Shown here one piece after another: positions 8,138-15,458 of a stretch of DNA of 64,000 bases (its first letter is position 1; every line of letters begins with the position of its first letter). The notes below the pieces were generated by a model, which did no database searches, had not been told where the DNA came from, and worked only from the letters and a program-made list of their open reading frames with translations. This DNA is from Vulcanimicrobiota bacterium. GTDB lineage: Bacteria; Vulcanimicrobiota; Vulcanimicrobiia; Vulcanimicrobiales; Vulcanimicrobiaceae. A program made the translations under genes and the position numbers. The stretch spans positions 2,903,422 through 2,967,421 of the forward strand of contig OY969808.1 of assembly GCA_963703305.1 (NCBI GenBank), in the 5' to 3' direction.

Positions 8138-8818
8138 TCAGGACGGCGAACTTGGTGCAACGTCGATCACGATTACAACGTCGCCGGTCGAGTGGGCGGC
8201 GCGCCTTACCTCGACTTCCCGGCCCTTCGCGCGCGCGCGCAGCGTGAGATCGATTGCGTTCGTGACTCCCTCGATCACGAAGCGGCCGTCGGCTCTCGCC
8301 GTGGCCGTTCGTCCCAAATCGGCGATATCGATCACGGCGCCGGCGATCGGCGTACCGTCTTTCGCCGTTACCTGTCCGGCGATTGCTTGCATGGGAAGCG
8401 CCGACAAAACGGCGGTGCGCACCGGCGGTGCGAGGCGTTCGTCGCTCACCTCACTTGCCGTTGCGTGAAGAATGAAACTCGCGCGGGCTGCAAGATTGAG
8501 CGCAGACCATGCGGCGGCAGCAGGGGCGCCAAAGTCGAGAGAGTACTGCGGTTGTGTGCCGGCTTCTGCGATGACTTTTCCGAGCAGTGCGTGCGCCGCA
8601 ACCGGATCCGGTCCGCACGACGTGACGAGATAGCCAAGACGAAGCTGCACGGGAGGGGTTCGTCCGGATGGAACCGCCGCAGGCCGCTCGATCTCGAATA
8701 AATAGGCAAAAAGCGTCAGCTCGGACGCATCGTCGGACGGGCGCGCGAAGCTGATGGTCGCGCCGTCGACGACGTCTTTTAGCCAATCGCGGAGTTGTTC
8801 GTCGATCGATTCGATCAT
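8138..8818 (-). CDS. DUF4255 (Pvc16/Afp16 N-terminal domain) protein with C-terminal carboxypeptidase-regulatory-like beta-sandwich
   Basis: 226 aa. MIESIDEQLRDWLKDVV..LFAYLFEIE..LRLGYLVT is DUF4255-like. The C-terminus ..GQVTAKDGTPIAGAVIDIADLGRTATARADGRFVIEGV.. is CarboxypepD_reg-like. First gene of the CIS operon. Confidence 0.8.
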   Translation of the reverse strand: MIESIDEQLRDWLKDVVDGATISFARPSDDASELTLFAYLFEIERPAAVPSGRTPPVQLRLGYLVTSCGPDPVAAHALLGKVIAEAGTQPQYSLDFGAPAAAAWSALNLAARASFILHATASEVSDERLAPPVRTAVLSALPMQAIAGQVTAKDGTPIAGAVIDIADLGRTATARADGRFVIEGVTNAIDLTLRARAKGREVEVRRAAHSTGDVVIVIDVAPSSPS

Positions 8819-8836
8819 TGCGGCGCACTCTTAGCT

Positions 8837-9571
8837 ATGCGAACCATGCGGACGCCCTTCTTCATTCTCGCGCTGATGCTGCTGCTGGCTGCGTTCGCGT
8901 TGGAGATCGGATCGAACTGGATTCTGCTGACGCCGTCGCAATCCGGCGCCTCGTCGAACGTCCAATCGCAGTTAGGCATTCCGTCGCTCGCGCTCTTCGA
9001 TGCGTCGTTCGTCTGGACGCTCGTCTTGATGCTGCTCGGTATCGTGTTGGACCGCGCGCTCGTGGGTCGCATCCAGGGCATCGTCACGCTCGTGATTTCG
9101 ATCGTCATCATTATCCTCGGCATCAAGACGCTGCTGACGTCCTTCATCTTGTTTCTGATTATGTTCGCGCTGCTGTCGTCGTTCTTCGGGTGGATCGTGT
9201 ATATCGCGCTCTGGGGTTCGTTCGATACCGCGGACGCTGCGACCGTGCTCGCAACGATTACGTTCTTCAAGCTGGCGTGCGCCGCATTGCTGGTCGTCGC
9301 GCAGCAAGACTACCTGAAGAGCACGCGGTTTATCATCCTGGTGCTCCTCTCGCTGCTGCTCGATTTGCTGCTGTCGTTCTTGCAGGGCTTGCCGCCGGGC
9401 GTTTTGGTCAGCGTTACCGATGCGATCGGCGCCATCATCATTTCCATCGTCGCGATCGTCTACGCGCTCGTGCAGGCCATCTTCGCCATCGTCGCGATCG
9501 TTCGCGTGCTGCTCGGCATTCGCCTCAATAGGACACAACGCACGGAACTGGACCAGCACACTGAAGCGTAA
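8837..9571 (+). CDS. polytopic membrane protein, unknown function
   Basis: ORF 8795..9571 trimmed to the ATG at 8837 (MRTMRTPFFILALMLLLAAF..). At least six hydrophobic helices. Divergent from the CIS operon with only ~18 nt between start codons. Confidence 0.6.
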   Translation: MRTMRTPFFILALMLLLAAFALEIGSNWILLTPSQSGASSNVQSQLGIPSLALFDASFVWTLVLMLLGIVLDRALVGRIQGIVTLVISIVIIILGIKTLLTSFILFLIMFALLSSFFGWIVYIALWGSFDTADAATVLATITFFKLACAALLVVAQQDYLKSTRFIILVLLSLLLDLLLSFLQGLPPGVLVSVTDAIGAIIISIVAIVYALVQAIFAIVAIVRVLLGIRLNRTQRTELDQHTEA

Positions 9572-10001
9572 CCAGTCCGCCGGCTTTCGGCAGAACGAAG
9601 CTCTGATGCGGATTCGACGGCGAGAGGGGTTCCGGCGTCTGCGAGGGCGCCGGGTTTGAGAGCGGCGGATAGTTCAGCGCGACGGAGTAGGGCGACGACG
9701 CGAGTTGGAGCCGCATCATGCGGTATTGCTGTGCGGACGGACGTATTTGCAGCGAGGCCGTCGCGAAGGCCGGGATGCTCACGAGGTTCGGCCCGGCCAT
9801 GGTGCCCAACACGGTGACGTCGGCCGGCTGGACCTTAAGAAACGCCGGCACCATGGGCCAGACGGCGTCGAACGATATCGGGAGCTGCTGACGGTTCGAG
9901 GCGGACGGAGCCGGCTCGCCGGCGTGACGGTGCGCGCCGGTGGCGATGACCGCGAAGAATAGAATGACGAACGCGACCAGCACGATCGTCCACACGCGCA
10001 T
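9525..10001 (-). CDS. hypothetical N-terminally anchored/secreted protein
   Basis: 158 aa. N-terminal hydrophobic helix MRVWTIVLVAFVILFFAVIATG. GC3-rich codon usage consistent with coding. Convergent 47-nt overlap with the previous gene. Confidence 0.4.
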   Translation of the reverse strand: MRVWTIVLVAFVILFFAVIATGAHRHAGEPAPSASNRQQLPISFDAVWPMVPAFLKVQPADVTVLGTMAGPNLVSIPAFATASLQIRPSAQQYRMMRLQLASSPYSVALNYPPLSNPAPSQTPEPLSPSNPHQSFVLPKAGGLVTLQCAGPVPCVVSY

Positions 10002-10115
10002 GGGGGCGCTTTCGCAATCCCGCCTCGGCTTTCCGGGGTGCCAGACGCCTCCTTGGTGAGGCGGGAAGCGTCACGGCGCTTGCTGAAACCGGGTTTCACT
10101 TCGGGGGGACGAACC

Positions 10116-12461
10116 ATGAGCGTACGTACTTCAGGTTTCGTTTTTTGCGCACTATTGCTCGCCGCTTGTGCTGGGCATTCCGGCGGCTTCACACCGATGG
10201 CACCCAACTCGGCAGCGTCGTCGAGGCACGTCGAACCGGCCCGCGATTTGGGCCGCCGGGCCGCGGGAAAGACCGCGTCGGTCGTGCTGCTGCTGAAATA
10301 CCGCGATCAGGCGGGGCTGGATCGATTTACGGCTCAGTTGGCGCGATCGCGATCGCCGCGCTACCTCACGCATGAAGAGTTTCTCGCGCACTACGCACCG
10401 ACGCCGCAGCAAGAGCAGCGCGTAATCGATGCATTGCACCGTGCGGGTTTTACTATCAACGCACGCTATGCAAACCGCACGATCGTCGACGCCACGGCCC
10501 CCGTGCGCGACGTCGAACGATTCTTCGACACGCAGATTCACGATTTTCGGCAGGCTCGCCACGGCGTACGGTTTGCGAGCGTCCGGCCCGCGGTCATTCC
10601 GAGCCGGCTCGCATCGCTGGTCTCGTCGGTGACGATCGACACGGTCGTGCGCATGCACGTCGCGTCGGACTTTGACTCGCCGCCGGCGTTGCCGGACACG
10701 ATGCCGGTGCCGGATAAAGTCGCGCCCGCCGAACCCGAGACGGCGACCGGAAACATCGTCAAGAATCCCGGCTTTGAAACCGGGCACCTGAAGCCATGGC
10801 AGGCCTGCTCGAGCAAGGACGCCGCCGGGGGAGCCATCTCGAAGACCGCGCACTCCGGCAAACGTGCCGCTTCGACCGGTTCGACGAGTGCGCCGGAAGT
10901 TGCGGGCATCTCCTGCGTGTGGCAACTGGTGACGATCCCCGCGCAAGCGCAGCTCACCGCGTATATTCTGCGCAGCACGGACGACACGAATCACTCGAAA
11001 GCCGGCCAGTTCGCAGCGCTGTACAACGCGAAGGGCAAGTTCGTCGCGACGCTCTTCAACTCGCTCGTCTCATCGAAGCACTGGTCGAGGCAGACGATGC
11101 ATCTGGCGCAGTACGCCGGCCAGCAGCTCTACGTTACGTTCGGCGTAATCGGAGCGAAGAAAGATGCGAAAAAATACGTAGGGATGTCGATCGACGACGT
11201 CTCGCTGACCGGCGTTGCTTTGACGCCCACGCCGTCGCCTTCCCCGTTGCCGACTCCGACGCCGACGGGGGGGGCCGATTCGCCCTGTCCGACCGCGGCG
11301 CGGCCGACGCCCAACTACGGGCCTAACGACGGATGGGGTCCGGCGGCCGCGGCCGCGGGCCTCCTACTGCCGTCGATCTATTGCTACAACGGCGCCGGTG
11401 AGACGGCGGCTATCGTTATCAGCGCCATGCCGCCGACCTCCGATATCGCCGAGTACATGCAGAACTTCGGCATCACGCGCCACGGCTCGATCGTTGCGGA
11501 GCCGATCGACGGCGGCAACCCAAATCCCGGAGCAGACGACCTCGGAGAAGCGACGCTCGATCTGGAGACGATTGCGAGTTTGGCTCCGAACGCGAACGTG
11601 ATCGTGTACGTGATCCCGAGCCTGGATGACGACAAAATTCTGGATGCGTACAACAAGGTGTTGAGCGACGGTACGGCCTCGGCCGTGAACTCGTCGTTCA
11701 GCGGCTGCGACACCGGCGACATGTCCTTCATTACGTCCAGTAACGCGATTGCCCAGCAAGGTGCCGCGGAGGGTGTAACGTTCGCCGGCTCGAGCGGCGA
11801 TCAAGGCGTCGAATGTTACAACGGCGGGTATGTCTTCGGTACCGGTTCGCCGGGGAGCGACCCGTATTTCGTCTCCGTCGGCGGAACGCAGTCGTCGTCC
11901 GCCGCGGTGACGGACTCGTGCTACCCGTATGACCCCACGACGGCAATCGCTAACCCGGTCGTCTGGAACGACTGCGTTGGCGCCGGCGGCGGCGGCGTTT
12001 CGACGCAGTGGCCCTTACCGTCGTACCAGACCGGCCTCACGAGCGTCCATGGAAGAAGTGTCCCGGACGCATCGATGCCGGCGGCCGGCATCGATACCTA
12101 CTCCGCCAGCGCAGGAGGCTGGCAAACGTTTTGGGGCACGTCGTGGGCGAGCCCGCTCTACGTTGCGATGCAGATCGAAGTCAACGAGGAATGCGCCAAA
12201 CATCTCTGGGGCATCTCCGCGCTCTACGGCAGCTTCGCGCAAGACCCAACCGATCAATACGCTTTCGTCGACGTTACATCAGGGAACGACGACTACGACG
12301 GCCAGCCGACCTACTATACCGCCGGAACGGGTTTCGATACCGCATCCGGTATTGGAATCCCAATCGGCGTGAACATTGCGTACTATTCGTGCGGGGGCAA
12401 CCAGTTGCGACGGCTCTCTCCGAAGCCGCCTATGGCGGCGCCGCCTCGTCTTCGCCGCTAG
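10116..12461 (+). CDS. S53 (sedolisin/kumamolisin-like) serine peptidase lipoprotein with inserted CBM-like domain
   Basis: ORF 10038..12461 trimmed to the ATG at 10116, preceded by GGGGGA. Lipobox LLAAC. Pro-kumamolisin activation domain (..LLKYRDQAGLDRF..YLTHEEFLAHYAPT..). NPGFETGHLKPWQ carbohydrate-binding-like module. PT-rich linker. Catalytic motifs GEATLDLE and GTSWASP. Confidence 0.85.
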   Translation: MSVRTSGFVFCALLLAACAGHSGGFTPMAPNSAASSRHVEPARDLGRRAAGKTASVVLLLKYRDQAGLDRFTAQLARSRSPRYLTHEEFLAHYAPTPQQEQRVIDALHRAGFTINARYANRTIVDATAPVRDVERFFDTQIHDFRQARHGVRFASVRPAVIPSRLASLVSSVTIDTVVRMHVASDFDSPPALPDTMPVPDKVAPAEPETATGNIVKNPGFETGHLKPWQACSSKDAAGGAISKTAHSGKRAASTGSTSAPEVAGISCVWQLVTIPAQAQLTAYILRSTDDTNHSKAGQFAALYNAKGKFVATLFNSLVSSKHWSRQTMHLAQYAGQQLYVTFGVIGAKKDAKKYVGMSIDDVSLTGVALTPTPSPSPLPTPTPTGGADSPCPTAARPTPNYGPNDGWGPAAAAAGLLLPSIYCYNGAGETAAIVISAMPPTSDIAEYMQNFGITRHGSIVAEPIDGGNPNPGADDLGEATLDLETIASLAPNANVIVYVIPSLDDDKILDAYNKVLSDGTASAVNSSFSGCDTGDMSFITSSNAIAQQGAAEGVTFAGSSGDQGVECYNGGYVFGTGSPGSDPYFVSVGGTQSSSAAVTDSCYPYDPTTAIANPVVWNDCVGAGGGGVSTQWPLPSYQTGLTSVHGRSVPDASMPAAGIDTYSASAGGWQTFWGTSWASPLYVAMQIEVNEECAKHLWGISALYGSFAQDPTDQYAFVDVTSGNDDYDGQPTYYTAGTGFDTASGIGIPIGVNIAYYSCGGNQLRRLSPKPPMAAPPRLRR

Positions 12462-13278
12462 GCGGGGAAAAATCCAATCGCGGCAGCCGGCGGAACTTTC
12501 CGTCGATCACGACGCCGGGTTCGCGATCGTGCGACATGACGTCACGCAGGATGTCCAGCTCGGGCAGCCACTGGCGCCGTTCGCCGTCGTACTCGTATCC
12601 GAGCAGAATGATTTGTTCGCGCTGCAGCAGCGCGTCCAGCGACATGATCGACACGTCGCTCGGCGCTAAATCGTCCGCGATGATCCCAAAGACCGCATCG
12701 ACCCGCCGCGTGCTGGGCTGCACGCCGATCACCTCGGCATTGCCTTGATCGGACGAATAGAAGTCGTCCGCCAGAAGCGCGACCTGCCGAATGCTCTTAT
12801 GCGTATGATCGTCGTGATCGACGCGGTCGGCGACGATCAGATGCGACGTCACCGGCACGCGGAACACTTCGCCTTCGTTCTCGAGCACGCGCAGGATGTT
12901 CTCACCGTCATCCGTTTCCAGCGGCGGCGGTGGATCGCTGGACTCACCCACGCCATAGCTGATCAGCGTGACGCCGCCGTTCTGTTTATCGATCTCGTGA
13001 TCGTGCAGATCGAAGAGCAGATATGCATCGTCGGCTTTCGACGGATCGCGCTCGTACTGCACGTCGATTGCGCCGCCTTCGATCAACTCGTGAAAGAGCG
13101 GCCCGAGCGGTTGCAGCAAGCGCCCGCGCTCCTCGTAGACCTTGCGAAGCGCGGGCCCGCGCGTTTTATCCGCCGTCGGGAGTTCGATCAGCCGGTCGCG
13201 TTCGGCGCGCAGCTTCTTTAATTCGGCGATATAATGCGCGATGGTCGCTTTCGCGGCGGAGGGTTTCGGCGTCGCCAT
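12430..13278 (-). CDS. hypothetical acidic protein, coupled to HMG-CoA lyase gene
   Basis: 282 aa. ATG 1 nt after the lyase stop. N-terminal coiled-coil-like segment, Asp/Glu-rich. I recognise no family. Confidence 0.6.
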   Translation of the reverse strand: MATPKPSAAKATIAHYIAELKKLRAERDRLIELPTADKTRGPALRKVYEERGRLLQPLGPLFHELIEGGAIDVQYERDPSKADDAYLLFDLHDHEIDKQNGGVTLISYGVGESSDPPPPLETDDGENILRVLENEGEVFRVPVTSHLIVADRVDHDDHTHKSIRQVALLADDFYSSDQGNAEVIGVQPSTRRVDAVFGIIADDLAPSDVSIMSLDALLQREQIILLGYEYDGERRQWLPELDILRDVMSHDREPGVVIDGKFRRLPRLDFSPPSGEDEAAPP

Positions 13279-13279
13279 G

Positions 13280-14203
13280 CTAGATGGCCGTCACGATGCG
13301 GAGTTCCGCGGCTTCCATGGCTTGATGCGCCTTGCTGGTGAGCGAGTGATCGAGAACGGTGGCGATGTAGCGCGAGGCCGCACGGATCTTTGCGAGATCG
13401 ATGCCGGTTTCAATCTTCATGGTATGCAAGAGGTAGAGCACGTCTTCGGTGCCGACGTTGCCGGTCGCGCCCGGCGCGAACGGACAGCCGCCCAGGCCGC
13501 CCGCCGACGAATCGAAGTTCGCGATCCCGTTCTGCAGTGCGGCGTACACGTTAGCGAGCGCCGTTCCGCGCGTGTCGTGGAAATGAAAGGCGATCTGCTC
13601 GCGCGGAATCTTCGCCACGAGAAGCGGAACGAGTTCGTCGACTTGGCTGGGCACACCGACGCCGATGGTGTCGCCGATCGAAAGCGAGTCGCAGCCCATC
13701 GCCATCAGCTTTACGCTAACGTCGACGACCATCTGCGGAGTGACCTCGTCGCCAAAGGGCGAACCGAACGCCGTCGAAACGTACCCGCGCACCCACATGC
13801 CGTCTTCTTTAGCGGCGCCTACGACGTGGCGGAAGGTTTCCAGCGATTCGTCGATCGTCATGTTGATGTTGCGCTTCGTGAAGTGCTCCGAAGCGGCGGT
13901 GAAGACGGCAATCGCATCGGCACCGGCGGCCTTCGCCCGCTCGTAGCCCTTGATGTTGGGGGTGAGCACGGGGTAACGGACGCCCGGCGCCTTGCGGATG
14001 CGCTTGAAGACCTCAGCGCCATCGGCCAATTGCGGAATAGCTTTCGGACTTACGAACGAGGTCGCTTCGATCCAGCGCAGGCCCGTTTCGCTCAGCAGGT
14101 CGATGAAGGCGACCTTGGCGTCGGCGGGAACGAGCGCGGACTCGTTTTGGAGCCCGTCGCGCGGGCCCATCTCGAACAGCGTGACTTCTTTCGGAATGCT
14201 CAT
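13280..14203 (-). CDS. hydroxymethylglutaryl-CoA lyase
   Basis: 307 aa. ..LFEMGPRDGLQNE..SFVSPKAIPQLAD..HFHDTRGTALANVYAALQNGI..FDSSAGGLGGCPFAPGATGNV.. are canonical HMGL motifs. Confidence 0.9.
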   Translation of the reverse strand: MSIPKEVTLFEMGPRDGLQNESALVPADAKVAFIDLLSETGLRWIEATSFVSPKAIPQLADGAEVFKRIRKAPGVRYPVLTPNIKGYERAKAAGADAIAVFTAASEHFTKRNINMTIDESLETFRHVVGAAKEDGMWVRGYVSTAFGSPFGDEVTPQMVVDVSVKLMAMGCDSLSIGDTIGVGVPSQVDELVPLLVAKIPREQIAFHFHDTRGTALANVYAALQNGIANFDSSAGGLGGCPFAPGATGNVGTEDVLYLLHTMKIETGIDLAKIRAASRYIATVLDHSLTSKAHQAMEAAELRIVTAI

Positions 14204-14319
14204 ATTCTTATAGAACCGTCCTTCGACTCCGTCCGCTTCAACCTTCCGAGGGGCGGTCGTATCGGTCGCTGAAGCACCCTCGGCGAAGGTTCACTGGCTG
14301 CTGCTTTTAGGAGGGTGAG

Positions 14320-14889
14320 ATGCACCGGATTCGGGTTATCGCGGTAGCCCTATTGGCGTTCGCGGGGGCGTTCGTTCTGCTCGACCGCAGCGCACCCGCG
14401 GACACGACCGGCGTCCGCGTCGACAGCGATGCCGACGGTCTGATCGTTACCGTCAATACCGAAGCCGCGAACGTCCATTTCACCTACGTTGAAAAGTGCG
14501 ATAGCGGGCAACCGTGCTACACCATCAACGTGGGACAAGGCATGGTTGGGATTCCCGCGACGGCGAGCGCGTGCACGGTGAAGCAGGGGAACGAAACGAC
14601 GCCTACCGCGATCCAGTGTCCGGCGGCCTCCGCCGGTTCGGTTCAATTCAAACTGCTGCACGGCGGCACGTGGAGTGCGTATCAGGGCGGCGGCGGGCAG
14701 CACACCGGCGCGCCGTGTTCTCCGGCGCGCTTGATCGTTACGACCGGTTCGGGAGCAAATTCAATCGACGCGTGGGACGGCTGCCACGAAGTCATCAACT
14801 GCAATGCGGCGGCCGGCGGATTCTCCGGTGTGGAAGTCGATGCGACCGACGACGTTCACGGCACGTGCTCGTCGGTCGTCAAGCACTAA
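14320..14889 (+). CDS. secreted Cys-rich hypothetical protein
   Basis: 189 aa. Strong SD (AGGAGGG) upstream of the ATG. Signal-peptide-like N-terminus. Eight or more Cys. Confidence 0.6.
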   Translation: MHRIRVIAVALLAFAGAFVLLDRSAPADTTGVRVDSDADGLIVTVNTEAANVHFTYVEKCDSGQPCYTINVGQGMVGIPATASACTVKQGNETTPTAIQCPAASAGSVQFKLLHGGTWSAYQGGGGQHTGAPCSPARLIVTTGSGANSIDAWDGCHEVINCNAAAGGFSGVEVDATDDVHGTCSSVVKH

Positions 14890-14891
14890 GG

Positions 14892-15362
14892 TTAGTTCAT
14901 CGGTTTCATCGACGGATCCGGGATTCCGTCGGGACAGATCGACGCTTCAATCGCGGGCGAAACGTAGTAGGCGTGCAGGTCGTAGTGCGGCACGGGGAAG
15001 CCGTTGTGACCTTTCGGCTCGAACTTGAAGTCGATGTGGTCGATCGTGTAGCCGGGCAGCGCGTGGACGTTCGCGTAACTAAAGCCCTCTTGCAGCTGCT
15101 TCACGGAAACCATGATCTCCGTGAAGACCGGTTTGCCATTCCATGTGCCGTAAATCGGGCCGAGCGGCGCATCTTTGAGATTGACCCAGTGCTCGCCCAT
15201 CGTGGCTACGCACGGACTTACCATCACCGCGCCTGCGGGAATTCCGGCGGGACGAACGGCCGGCTGGGGCGGGAGCTGCATCCCGCCGTCAGGAGGAGCG
15301 GCGACGGCCATCGCGGTCGTCAGCAGACCGGCAGCGAAAATTCCGAAGAGCCAACGAGACAT
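14892..15362 (-). CDS. secreted hypothetical protein
   Basis: 156 aa. Signal peptide MSRWLFGIFAAGLLTTAMAVAA. No family recognised. Confidence 0.55.
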   Translation of the reverse strand: MSRWLFGIFAAGLLTTAMAVAAPPDGGMQLPPQPAVRPAGIPAGAVMVSPCVATMGEHWVNLKDAPLGPIYGTWNGKPVFTEIMVSVKQLQEGFSYANVHALPGYTIDHIDFKFEPKGHNGFPVPHYDLHAYYVSPAIEASICPDGIPDPSMKPMN

Positions 15363-15458
15363 AAGATCTCTCCCTCAAAATGCTAAAGCATCTCCGGGAG
15401 TACACCGCGTGGTTCGCTCGCTCCCCTCCTCTAGGGACAATTGAGCCATATGGCAGGG

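Noticed and set aside
1-8818. Type VI secretion system or an ordinary prophage tail module
   Set aside because: There is a single long sheath gene rather than a TssB/TssC pair. DUF4255 and LysM tube-initiator genes are typical of Afp/PVC-like CIS. No TssM/TssJ/TssK/ClpV and no capsid, terminase or integrase genes occur in the visible sequence. A tailocin or prophage cannot be fully excluded because the left part is outside the window.
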